A DNA stretch of 63,768 nucleotides, counting the filler, from an uncultured Methanosarcinales archaeon (lineage in GTDB: Archaea > Nanobdellota > Nanobdellia > Woesearchaeales > CAYMBN01), in assembly GCA_964388715.1 (NCBI GenBank). It is 4 parts of 3 records of this genome, joined end to end, with 100 filler letters (N's around TTAATTAATTAA, not from the genome) between each part and the next. Parts side by side here need not be neighbours in the genome. Positions count along the whole stretch, not along the records: positions 13,062 to 44,501 come from CAYMBN010000002.1; positions 44,602 to 61,864 come from CAYMBN010000002.1; 2 more parts are not named here. The stretch is one strand, 5' to 3'. Of this stretch, positions 37,970 through 47,738 are shown in pieces. A model generated the notes under the pieces. That model saw nothing but the letters and a program-made list of their open reading frames with translations. It did not search any database and was not told where the DNA came from. Positions within the stretch are counted from its first letter, which is position 1; each line of letters starts with the position of its first letter. Position numbers and translations under genes: made by a program.

Positions 37970-39762
37970 TTATTTTTTTCTCTTATGCTTTTTTTTGTAT
38001 TTTTCTTTCTTTTATGTTTCCTTAATTTTTTAGTTTTTTTATTTGTTTTGCTTTTCTTGTTTTTTTGTATGAAAAAGAGAATTAAAGCTAATAATATAAT
38101 AATTGTTGTGATTACATAATAAAAATATTTCATTAATTCTTTTTGTTTACTTGTTATGATAACATCAAAATCTTCTGTAATGGTTAGGTTCCCTGATTTA
38201 AGGATAAGTTTTACAGGATAGTTTTTTGATTGTGTACTTAAACTAGGGTTAACAACTAATGAAAGGATTTTTGTTTCTTCTGGTTTAAGGGAAATATTTT
38301 TTTCTTTAATGCTTATGAAGTCGTCAGAACGTAGTGCAGTAAGATATTCAATTTCTTGATTTGTTTTACTTGTTAATTGAAGATTAACTGTTTGTGTTTC
38401 ATAATAATTCTTGATTTTTGGAATATCAAATATTATCTTTGGACATTTTTCAGAAGGAAGTACTGTTAAATAAAATACGTCTCTTGAAATAGTATTATCT
38501 CCTGTAGCTGTAACACTTAGTTCATATTTTCCTACTTTGTTTGGTTTAACTTTCATGTCTGTTGCAAATTGTTTATTTGTTTCTATTCCAAAGGTTTTTT
38601 TCCAATCTAGATCAGCCCATTCTGGAGCATCTAAACTTAGATTGAAAAATTGTGTTTTTGCACCAAAATTATCAACTGTGAAACCATATCTTTTAAGATT
38701 GTTTATACAAATCTTATCTTCTTTTTTATCAAAATTAAGCTTTAAATCATGACATTTAACAATTTTTAATGTGATATCTTTTGATTTTGGAAAAGATGCT
38801 ATGTTTGTTACTGTGACTAATTTTGTGTTAAATTCTCCAACTGAGTTTTCTGGTGGATTAATCTCAAAAGTAATTGTTTGTTCTTGATCTTTTTCTAGTT
38901 CACTTGTATTTTTGGTTTGAGTTAACCATTCTGGGTTTTCTAGAGTAATAATATAGGAGTTTTTGGTTTCAGCAAGATTTTTTATTATTATATCAATGTT
39001 ATTATTTGTATTTTCGCAGAACTCAAGGTAATTTTCTGATGATAAATCATAATCATAACATTCTTTTATATCAAGTTTAATGGGTATTTTTGCTGTTAAG
39101 TCACTTTGTTTTGTTTTTGCGAGAATACTTATGTTGTATTGTCCATAAATGTCACATGGTAATTCTAATGCCAGGGTGATTTTTTCTTTTTTGTTTGGTT
39201 TTAATATTATTTTTTTTGAAGAGAAATTGGCATATTCATTTAATTTACTTAAACTAAAAGAGTATGTTTCTGTTATTTTTCCAGTATTTTTTATAGTGTA
39301 CTCAAAGTTTAATTTTTTGCAGGGACATGAGCTTTGATTTATTTTATTTGTTGTGAATTTAATATTATTGTATCTTTTGATGGTTAGTGCTTGATTTAAT
39401 TTTTTTGTTTTGCCTGTGTTTGTTTTGATTTTTGTTTTGATTTTATATTTTCCAGGATTAGAACTACAAGGAATTATAATTTGGTTAAGAATTTTTTCTG
39501 ATTCTTTGGGTTTTAGTTTAATCTTGTTTGGTTTAAATTTAGAGTTTTTTAGAGATGATTCAAAGGTATAAGTTGATTCTTGAGTGCCTGTGTTTTTTAT
39601 TGTGATGTAATTGTCAAATTTAGCACAGTTATTGGTGTTAATGTTTGCTACTGTTAGTGCTTTGAAATTTTCTTTTGAGGTAACAAAGGGTGCTAAAGCT
39701 AGTAATAATGATAACAATAACATTATACTTAAAATTTTTTTCATTAAGGTCACCCAATCCAC
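37966..39762 (-). CDS. Secreted membrane-anchored protein with repeated Ig-like (NEW3-like) domains
   Basis: Signal peptide, repeated IKNTG..TY..S..L.P.E motifs with paired Cys, C-terminal TM plus Lys-rich tail. Confidence 0.75.
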   Translation of the reverse strand: MDWVTLMKKILSIMLLLSLLLALAPFVTSKENFKALTVANINTNNCAKFDNYITIKNTGTQESTYTFESSLKNSKFKPNKIKLKPKESEKILNQIIIPCSSNPGKYKIKTKIKTNTGKTKKLNQALTIKRYNNIKFTTNKINQSSCPCKKLNFEYTIKNTGKITETYSFSLSKLNEYANFSSKKIILKPNKKEKITLALELPCDIYGQYNISILAKTKQSDLTAKIPIKLDIKECYDYDLSSENYLEFCENTNNNIDIIIKNLAETKNSYIITLENPEWLTQTKNTSELEKDQEQTITFEINPPENSVGEFNTKLVTVTNIASFPKSKDITLKIVKCHDLKLNFDKKEDKICINNLKRYGFTVDNFGAKTQFFNLSLDAPEWADLDWKKTFGIETNKQFATDMKVKPNKVGKYELSVTATGDNTISRDVFYLTVLPSEKCPKIIFDIPKIKNYYETQTVNLQLTSKTNQEIEYLTALRSDDFISIKEKNISLKPEETKILSLVVNPSLSTQSKNYPVKLILKSGNLTITEDFDVIITSKQKELMKYFYYVITTIIILLALILFFIQKNKKSKTNKKTKKLRKHKRKKNTKKSIREKNK

Positions 39763-39792
39763 TTATAACAAGTGATGGTTTAATTACTTGTT

Positions 39793-39826
39793 AAGAAAAA
39801 AGAGAAAAAAAAGAAAAAATGTTTTT
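39793..39826 (-). terminator. Oligo(T) terminator after the S-layer candidate
   Basis: Minus strand TTTTTCTTTTTTTTCTCTTTTTT just after the stop. Confidence 0.5.
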
Positions 39827-41080
39827 TTAGTAATAGGTTTGTCCTTCTTCATCTGCTTCGTCTTCTTCGCCTTTTAGCTTATTAAAGCCAATTATTAAGC
39901 CAAGAATTACTAACAGAACTACTAAAACAACTAAACCAATTTCTAGAGCTCTTTTAACTTTTGCCCATCCAGCAGGTGCTTTAGTTGATCCAGCGACATT
40001 TGCTTTTAATGCAATTTGTTTAAGTGTTTGGTCTCCTGACTTAACACTTACTGCAAACATATGTTCACCAGGTGCTGCATTATCTCTTGCTTTTAGGGTA
40101 AGATAAACGGTCTCTGACTCACCAGCATTTAAAACAACAACGTTACTAGGACTCATTGCTAATGCTGCCCAATCTCCAACTTCAGCTGAGATTGCGTATG
40201 TTCTTGAATTTGCACCAGCATTACTTACTGTTAATTGGTAGAATGCTGATTTGCCTGCTTCAAGAGCTTGTGATTCAGGTCCAACAGTTATCATTGTTTT
40301 TCCAGCTCTAGCTGCTTCGTATGCTTCTTCTGAAACAACTTTGATAGCATATTCTTTTGTTAGTACTTCATCGCCATCATCGAATGTTGCTTTAACTATA
40401 ACCTTATATGTACCTTCTGCTACATATTTTGGTATTCTTAGATAAAGTTCTTCGCTTGTTGTTGTATCTTCTGCTTCTAATTCATCAATATAATCTGAAG
40501 CAGATATACCTAATTCAGGCATACTTACACTAACTTTGATACCTTCTTCGTCTTTGTCACCAAAGTTTTTGATTCTTGCTGTTGCAAGTAAAGCTCTTCC
40601 TGCTTTTACTTCAAATTCAGGACTGAATACAACATCCTTAATTTGCATTGCGTGTCTTGGTGTTTCTACTGTTACTGGAACATTTATGTTTTGTACCTGA
40701 CCCATTTTGTCAGAAACAATTACCATAAATTTGTACTTTCCTTTGTCCATTCTGTCAGGTAGTTTTAATGAAAGCTTTTTTACATAGCTAACATCTTCTT
40801 GCATGTTGAATACATCACTTAGGTCTTCGATATGATCATTGTGGTCATATCCACGAACCATTGTTTCAATTTGTATGTCTGTTGCGTTTCCTGCAGTGTC
40901 TTCTAAAATCACTCTTACGTTTAAGGTATCTTCTCTTTCAACACTGAATTCTGTGTAGGTTGTGCCGTCAAATACTACATCGCCATTAACTTTAATTTCT
41001 TTAATAGCTGGTGTAGCACTAACTAATCCACTCAGAGCTACAAGAACTAGTGCTAAAACAAATAATTTTACTAGTTTCAT
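39827..41080 (-). CDS. Putative S-layer / major cell-surface protein (three Ig-like domains, C-terminal TM)
   Basis: Signal peptide (LVSA|TP), CARDB/NEW3-like repeats (IKNFG, VSNAG), TM, acidic tail ending GQTYY; strong RBS and BRE/TATA. Confidence 0.65.
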   Translation of the reverse strand: MKLVKLFVLALVLVALSGLVSATPAIKEIKVNGDVVFDGTTYTEFSVEREDTLNVRVILEDTAGNATDIQIETMVRGYDHNDHIEDLSDVFNMQEDVSYVKKLSLKLPDRMDKGKYKFMVIVSDKMGQVQNINVPVTVETPRHAMQIKDVVFSPEFEVKAGRALLATARIKNFGDKDEEGIKVSVSMPELGISASDYIDELEAEDTTTSEELYLRIPKYVAEGTYKVIVKATFDDGDEVLTKEYAIKVVSEEAYEAARAGKTMITVGPESQALEAGKSAFYQLTVSNAGANSRTYAISAEVGDWAALAMSPSNVVVLNAGESETVYLTLKARDNAAPGEHMFAVSVKSGDQTLKQIALKANVAGSTKAPAGWAKVKRALEIGLVVLVVLLVILGLIIGFNKLKGEEDEADEEGQTYY

Positions 41081-41106
41081 ATTTTAACCCCCCATTTTAA
41101 TTTTTT

Positions 41107-41161
41107 ACTTGATAATTCTACCACATATATAAAGGTTTCGTAAATGTGGTGATTTTCAAGT
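41107..41161 (-). promoter_or_regulatory. BRE/TATA enclosed by an imperfect inverted repeat
   Basis: Minus strand CGAAACCTTTATATA lies between the arms ACTTGA..ACCACAT and ATGTGGT..TCAAGT. Confidence 0.55.
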
Positions 41162-41236
41162 GATTAATATGTGTAACTATCTTAAAGTTAGGATTTATAT
41201 TTAAATATTTTGGTTTTTGTGTATATAAAACATTTT

Positions 41237-44200
41237 TTATACAATATTGATAAATCTATGCTTGACTCTTTTTATGTTATGTTTAAGGTCTTGAATAACT
41301 ATACGTGTAATATATTCTCCTGGTTTAATCCATTCTGGGATATCTATTGTAAGTGCTTTAGTAATTGTATTTCCTTGATCAAGATTAAAGTGTGTAATTT
41401 TCCTTCTTTCATCCATTTCAGGAATTGTAACAGTAATTCTTAGGTCATCAAGATTAATATCTCCGCTGTTTTCAAGTTCAAAGAACATTCTGAGGTTATC
41501 TCCTGGCTGAAAGTTGCCTTCTCTTTCTATTTCAGAATTTCCAAATTGTATTCTGCTAATTAATAATTTACCTTGTGGTTTTTTAGTTTTAGTTTGTGTT
41601 GGGTTAATTCTTATTGAGACTGATTTTGTATCACTGTTACCATCATTGTCTATTACTGTTAATTTTACTGTGTAAGGATAAGCTCTGTAATAAGTATGTT
41701 TAATTATTGAATTTGTTGTTTGTATTTTAGTACCATCTCCAAAATCCCATATGTAATCTGTTATGTAACCATCCGCATCAGTACTTAATGATCCATCAAA
41801 TTCAATCTTTTTGAATAATATTGGATATGGAGTCATTGTAAAATCTGCTTTTGGACCATCATTTATTGAATTTATAGTAAGTGTGAATGTGTTTTGTATT
41901 CCATTGCAATTTACAGTAATTAATTCTCCTTGATCAAAGTAGTTTTGTTCAAGATTGTTTATTATTAAATTATTTCCGTTTATGAATAAATCATAATGGT
42001 TGTGTGTTGATGTGACTTGCATGTTGATTGGTGAGTCTGGATCAGTGCATAGTGATTTGATGTCTTGGTATACAATTGTATTATCTGGTGAATCCTCGTC
42101 TATATTTTGGTTATCTAATGGTGCTTGTGACCATTGTGCTGGATCATCTGTCTCTGTGATTGCAAAGTTAAAGCTAGCTTGTATTCCATTACATTCTACT
42201 GTGATCACTTCACCATCTGGATCATTATAGTTTTGCTCTAGGTTTTTAATGGATAGATCATTTCCAATGAATTCTAAATCAAAGAATGCATGTGTTGAAA
42301 CAATGTTTACATCTACAGGATTATCAATATCAGTGCATAATTGTTTTAATGCTGGGTAAATAATTGTGTTGTCTGGAGAATCTTCTTGTATTGATTGATC
42401 TTGTAAAGGTTGCCATATTGTTGGGTCATCAATACTGTTTATTATTAATGTGAAATTGTTTTGTATTCCATTGCAATCAAGTGTGATTAATTCTCCATTT
42501 GGATCATTGTAATTTTGTTCAAGATTGGTTATAGTGAGATGGTCTCCATTTATTGATAGGTTATAATGGTTGTGTGTTGATGTAATTTGCATATTTGTTG
42601 TTGAGTCTACGTCAGTGCATAGTAATTTGATGTCTTGGTACACAATTGTGTTATCAGATGAATCCTCGTCGATATTTTGGTTGTTTAATGGTGTTTGTGT
42701 CCATTGTGCAGGATCATCTGTGTTATTTATTATTAGATTAAAGCTTGCAGGAATGTTGTTACATTCAACTGTGATTATTTCTCCATTAAGATCAAAGTAG
42801 TCTTGTTCTAGGTTTTTGATTGTGAGATCATCTCCATAAAATTGTAGATCATAATGTTGATGTGTTGAAGTGATTTCAAAATTAAGATTATTATCAATGT
42901 CAGTACACATTTGCTTTAGTTTTGAATATATTATTACTAAATCAGGAACATCTTCTCGAGTAGATTGGTCTTGTAGTGGTTGCCATTGTGCAGGATCGTC
43001 TATGTTGTTAATTGTTAAAGTTAATGTGTTTTGAATTCCGTTGCAATCTATGGTTACTAGTTCTCCTTGATCAAAATAGTTTTGTTCAAGGTTGTTTATT
43101 ATTAAGTTATTTCCGTTCATTGATAAATCATAATGGTTGTGTGTTGATGTGACTTGCATGTTGATTGGTGAATCAGAATCTGTGCATAGTGATTTAATAT
43201 TTTGGTAAACAATTGTATTGTCTGGTGAATCCTCGTCGATATTTTGGTTGTTTAATGGTGTTTGTGTCCATTGTGCTGAGTCGTCAACACTGTTAATTGT
43301 TAAATTGAATGAAGTTGATATGCTGTTACATTCAATTGTAATTATTTCTCCATTTGGATCAAAATAATCTTGCTCTAGGTTTTTAATGGTTAGATCATTT
43401 CCAATGAATTCTAAATCAAAAAATGCATGTGTTGAAACAATGTATACATTTATAGGATTATCAATATCATTACATAATTCTTTTAATGCTGGATAGATTA
43501 TTGTGTTGTCAGGAGAATCTTCTTGAATTGATTGATTTTGTAAAGGTTNNNNNNNNNNNNNNNNNNNNNNNNNNNNNNNNNNNNNNNNNNNNNNNNNNNN
43601 NNNNNNNNNNNNNNNNNNNNNNNNNNNNNNNNNNNNNNNNNNNNNNNNGTGAATCCTCGTCGATGTTTTGATTATCTAATGGTGTTTGTGTCCATTGAGC
43701 TGGATCATCTTGTGGTTCTTCAGGCTCTTCTTCACTAGTATCAGATTCTGTAATATTTATTCTAAAAGTGTCTGTTGTTGATAATTCACTATCACTTACT
43801 TGGACTGTGATATCTGAGAAACCTGTTTTGTTTTGAATAGGTTTACCACATTTTACAAATTGATTATTTAATATATAACATATAATTAAACTAGTATTTG
43901 TTTGTTCTGTGATTGCATAAGTTAACTCATTTTGTGGTGTTTCATCATCAATAACATAATTGTGTAGGTTTATTTCCCAAGTTGGTGTTTCATTGTTTAA
44001 TTGTTGTTGATCTTGGAGAGGTGTGTGGAATCTTGGAGGTGTGTTTAATTTTTCAGCGTATTTTAATATTGAAGCTTTTTCGTTAAGATTAGTTGTTTCA
44101 CTGCAATTTTCTGCGATACCATAAACAGAGATATTGTACCAGTCATTGTTTGTTGGAGTCCAGTCAAAACTGAATTGTTTAAATACATTAACATTATCAT

Positions 44201-44501
44201 TTGGATTTTCTGTTTTTTGTTCAGTGTGTACAAGTTGGTTTTGTTGATTATATATACTTAAACTTAATTGTGTTGGAAGTGTTGATGTTAAAGAATCACT
44301 TTGGTTCATATGATTAGAAAGTTTTTCTCCTGTAATTTTATAATGATCTTCCTGTTTTGATAAACTTAAATTAGCAATTCTTGTGTAGCACATTGGTCCT
44401 TGATAAATTCCAAAATTAAGTACAGACCAAATAGGAATATAAGAATTACATTGATCATCTATAACATGTGTTTCAATTTTTGCTGTGTAATTTCCATATT
44501 C
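41237..44501 (-). CDS. Giant surface protein with cadherin-like ~95-aa repeats, PKD domain and C-terminal Ig/CARDB-like domain; 5'-truncated, internal gap
   Basis: Frame of 41237-43159 stays open to the gap at 43548, and the 43649-44393 frame stays open to the contig edge; PKD motif FDGSLSTDADGYITDYIWDFGDG..HTY..YTVKLTVIDNDG. Confidence 0.82.
41864..43710 (-). repeat. Intragenic tandem repeats, period about 282-288 bp, at least 7 copies, alternating A/B types
   Basis: Units begin DD(P/S)AQW or DDPTIW near 43708, (gap), 43285, 43000, 42719, 42431, 42149. Confidence 0.88.
43549..43648. other. Scaffold gap (100 N) inside the repeat array
   Basis: Run of N. Confidence 0.99.
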
Positions 44502-44601
44502 NNNNNNNNNNNNNNNNNNNNNNNNNNNNNNNNNNNNNNNNNNNNTTAATTAATTAANNNNNNNNNNNNNNNNNNNNNNNNNNNNNNNNNNNNNNNNNNN
44601 N
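44502..44601. other. Artificial contig-joining linker
   Basis: N-run + TTAATTAATTAA + N-run. Confidence 0.97.
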
Positions 44602-44602
44602 A

Positions 44603-45196
44603 AGTAAGTTATTAAAATTATGGCAAAAAGCTGAGAGTGAAGGGAAGAGATATTTTCCATATGAATATTTTTATCAATTAATTAAAAGTGGAGAACTTAA
44701 AGATAAATTTGAGATTGATCCAAACCATTCTTGGATGATTGCAGCTTGTGAAAAAAATATTCCGATTTGGACACCTGGATGGGAAGATAGTACTATTGGA
44801 AATATGTTTGTTTCTAATATTATAAAAGGAAATCTTAAAAGTTTTGATTGTATGAAAAATGGACTTGAACAGATGGAAATTTTAATTAGATGGTATAAGG
44901 AAAATTCTAAGGATGCTGATATTGGATTTTTCCAAATTGGTGGTGGAATTGCAGGTGATTTTCCAATTTGTGTTGTACCTTTAATACAACAGGATCTTTT
45001 GCAAGAGTGTAAAGTTTGGAGTTATTTTTGTCAAATATCAGATAGTACAACAAGTTATGGATCATATAGTGGTGCAGTGCCAAATGAAAAAATAACTTGG
45101 GGGAAACTCAGTAAGGATTCTGCTAAATTTGTGATAGAAAGTGATGCAACAATAGTTGCACCATTAATATTTGCATATATTCTTGCAGAAGATTAA
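44603..45196 (+). CDS. Deoxyhypusine synthase-family protein, 5'-truncated
   Basis: Frame open from the contig edge (..GKRYFPYEY..EIDPNHSWM); PGWEDST, QIGGGIAGDF, DSTTSYGSYSGAVPNEKITWGK, ESDATIVAPL. Confidence 0.88.
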   Translation, partial: SKLLKLWQKAESEGKRYFPYEYFYQLIKSGELKDKFEIDPNHSWMIAACEKNIPIWTPGWEDSTIGNMFVSNIIKGNLKSFDCMKNGLEQMEILIRWYKENSKDADIGFFQIGGGIAGDFPICVVPLIQQDLLQECKVWSYFCQISDSTTSYGSYSGAVPNEKITWGKLSKDSAKFVIESDATIVAPLIFAYILAED

Positions 45197-45215
45197 TTTT
45201 TTATTTTTTTATTAA

Positions 45216-45575
45216 TTAGTTTTCTATTTTTTTAATATAACTAATTAATCCTTCAATTTGTCTTAATTTTGTTTCCTTGAATAAGAATTCTCTGAATTGT
45301 TTTTTGATTCTTACACCAAATCTACTAAGTCCTGAGTTTAGTTTGCCAAACAATTTTTTACCTTCTTTATCAAGATCAGTTAAGATAATACATTCTTTGT
45401 GTTTTTCTGCTATGTTTTCTACTATTTTGTAAATTGGTTGTTTGCTTAATGTTTGAATATTGTTGATTCCAAAGTATTCTAGAGCTGCTTTGTCTTTAGG
45501 TCCTTCTACTATTATTAGGATGTTGGATTCTTTGATCTTTTTTAAATGTTCTAGGATTTGTTGTTTTTCTTGCAT
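45216..45575 (-). CDS. Small Toprim-domain protein (RNase M5/primase-like)
   Basis: IIVEGPKDKAAL and ILTDLDKEG. Confidence 0.88.
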   Translation of the reverse strand: MQEKQQILEHLKKIKESNILIIVEGPKDKAALEYFGINNIQTLSKQPIYKIVENIAEKHKECIILTDLDKEGKKLFGKLNSGLSRFGVRIKKQFREFLFKETKLRQIEGLISYIKKIEN

Positions 45576-45660
45576 ATTTATAATATATTTTGGTTGTTTT
45601 TATAAGTTTTTATGGAAAACAATAAATACAACTTATTATTTGTAAAATAAGGGGGCAAAT

Positions 45661-47181
45661 ATGATTGATTTAAGCACAGCTCTAAAGCATTATAATAGGG
45701 AAGAGGTAAAGGCTGAGATAGTTAGACTTTCTGCTAATAAAGAGGTTGTTGGTAGTTATGGTGGGAAAGGATATGGTAAAAGACCTGATATAATACAATA
45801 CCCCAATGATATCCTTGAATTAGTAAGGCAAGGTGTGACAAGCTTTCATTGTTCTGAAGAGATTTGGAAAAGTCCTTTACAGCTAAGTACTGATATGCAT
45901 AGAAAAGATATTGAAGAGCTTAGAACTGGGTGGGACCTTGTTATTGACATTGATTGTCCTTATTGGGAATATTCTAAGTTGATTACACATCTTGTGATTA
46001 AAGCATTCAAAAGACATGGGATAAAATCAATCTCATGTAAATTTTCTGGTAATAAAGGATTTCATATTGCTATTCCTTTTAGAGCGTTTCCTGAAAAAGT
46101 GCATGGTAAAGAAACAAAATTATTGTTTCCAGATGGTTTAAGGAGAGTTGCTCTTTATTTAATGCATTACATTGATAGTCCTGAAACGGGTTATGAATTT
46201 AGTAATGAAATTCTTAAAAAGACTTCAATTGATGATTTTGCAAAATTACTTGGTAAAGATGTTGCAGAAATTATGAAGACTGTTTGTATAGGTTGTGGAA
46301 GTAAAATTAATATTACTAAAAATAAAGTTGAATTTGTATGTTCTCAGTGTGGGAAAATTGAGATTGGGAGTGAGGATGATAGAGTTAAGATTTGTGAGCA
46401 ATGTAAAAAGATTATGGAAAGGCATGAAATAGGAAGTGAAGACAAATGTAAAAAATGTGGAAAAACAAAGTTTCAGGAAAAATTTGATCCTTCTCTTATA
46501 ATTGATATTGATACTGTACTAATTTCTTCACGTCATCTTTATAGAATGTGTTATAGTTTACATGAGAAATCAGGTCTTGTTTCAATTCCTGTGGAAATTG
46601 ATAAAGTGCTTGAGTTTGAAAAAGAGCAAGCAAAACCTCAAAATATTAAGTTTGATATAAAGTTTTTAGATGGTGCTGGGATTATGGTTGGTGAAGGTAG
46701 AAATCTGATTATCCAGGCATTTGATTTTAAACCTGTTATGGAAGAAGTTGAAGAAGAGAAAAAAGTTTATGGTAGTTTTGAAGATTTTCAGAATGCAATT
46801 CCTGAAGATTTTTTCCCTCCATGTATTAAAAAAGCACTTAATGGTATGGAAGATGGTAAAAAAAGATTTTTATTTGTTCTTATTAATTTTTTAACATGTA
46901 GTGGTTGGAGTTATGATAAAATAGATGAATTAATTAAAGAGTGGAATCCTAAGAATAAAGAGAGATTAAGGCAAGTTTACATTAAAGGGCAGCTTAATAG
47001 TAGTAAAATGAAAAAAGAGAAAATACCTCCTCCAAATTGTCCAATTGGACAAGAACCTGGTAATTATTATTGTGATTTGCAGATATGTACTCCTGATCCT
47101 TTGTGTGGAAAAATTAAGAATCCTGTACAGTATGCAAAGAGAAAAACTTATTACTTAAGGAAAGATAAGAAAAAGAAATAA
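45661..47181 (+). CDS. priSL: Fused DNA primase PriS-PriL(C-terminal domain), DPANN type
   Basis: WDLVIDID, KFSGNKGFHI, SRHLYRMCYSLHEKSGL; C-terminal FFPPCI..G..DGKKR..PPPNC..C..C..IKNP (PriL Fe-S). Confidence 0.9.
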   Translation: MIDLSTALKHYNREEVKAEIVRLSANKEVVGSYGGKGYGKRPDIIQYPNDILELVRQGVTSFHCSEEIWKSPLQLSTDMHRKDIEELRTGWDLVIDIDCPYWEYSKLITHLVIKAFKRHGIKSISCKFSGNKGFHIAIPFRAFPEKVHGKETKLLFPDGLRRVALYLMHYIDSPETGYEFSNEILKKTSIDDFAKLLGKDVAEIMKTVCIGCGSKINITKNKVEFVCSQCGKIEIGSEDDRVKICEQCKKIMERHEIGSEDKCKKCGKTKFQEKFDPSLIIDIDTVLISSRHLYRMCYSLHEKSGLVSIPVEIDKVLEFEKEQAKPQNIKFDIKFLDGAGIMVGEGRNLIIQAFDFKPVMEEVEEEKKVYGSFEDFQNAIPEDFFPPCIKKALNGMEDGKKRFLFVLINFLTCSGWSYDKIDELIKEWNPKNKERLRQVYIKGQLNSSKMKKEKIPPPNCPIGQEPGNYYCDLQICTPDPLCGKIKNPVQYAKRKTYYLRKDKKKK

Positions 47182-47231
47182 TTCTTTGAGTACCATAATA
47201 TTTAAATATAATCCTATTTTTAAATGAATTT

Positions 47232-47570
47232 ATGGAAAATAATGATCTTAAACGAATTGTAGAGAATCATATAGAACAGGCTAAACACTTTAAAGAGCAT
47301 TTAGATGAGATTGAGGCAGAATATGGTAAAGAAACTTATATCGTAATGAAAGATAAACAGATAGTTGATACAGGTCTTAATGAAAGTGAACTAATTAAAA
47401 AATATCCTCAATCAGATGGTTTTTACATAAGTAGTGTTAAGTCACATCTTAATATTCCTAAAGACAGAAAAAGACTTAAGTCTGCTTTAGAATATGCTAT
47501 TGAATCAATGCCTAGTGAAAGAAAGGAACTTTTCCTAAAACTTGCAGAAAAATATCATGGGAATAAATAG
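47232..47570 (+). CDS. Hypothetical protein, DUF5678-like N-terminal part
   Basis: LDEIEAEYG..YIVMKDKQIVDTG..ESELIKK. Confidence 0.55.
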   Translation: MENNDLKRIVENHIEQAKHFKEHLDEIEAEYGKETYIVMKDKQIVDTGLNESELIKKYPQSDGFYISSVKSHLNIPKDRKRLKSALEYAIESMPSERKELFLKLAEKYHGNK

Positions 47571-47738
47571 TTTTTTTAATTCTCCATTCAATCATTTAAA
47601 TCCCTTCTAAAAATTATTCCAACTATTAAATCCTGATTTTCTGTTTAAACCCACTAGCCACTGGACAAGTCCGGGCAAATTATATAAACTATAAAATCAA
47701 TTAGATAGTTGTAAAAGAGAACAGATTTGGTGATTTAA

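Noticed and set aside
43160..43648. Apparent frameshift or pseudogene between ORFs 41237-43159 and 43509-44393
   Set aside because: The frame change falls in the arbitrary 100-N gap; both sides are open and continue the same repeat
41864..43710. Near-identical DNA repeats as a DGR template/variable pair
   Set aside because: All copies are in-frame protein domains, differences are not adenine-specific, and no RT is present
47600..47676. A complete second tRNA or split-tRNA half
   Set aside because: Only an A-box-like 5' piece; no paired D-stem, anticodon arm, T-arm or GC-rich trans-pairing leader. Kept only as a low-interest element.
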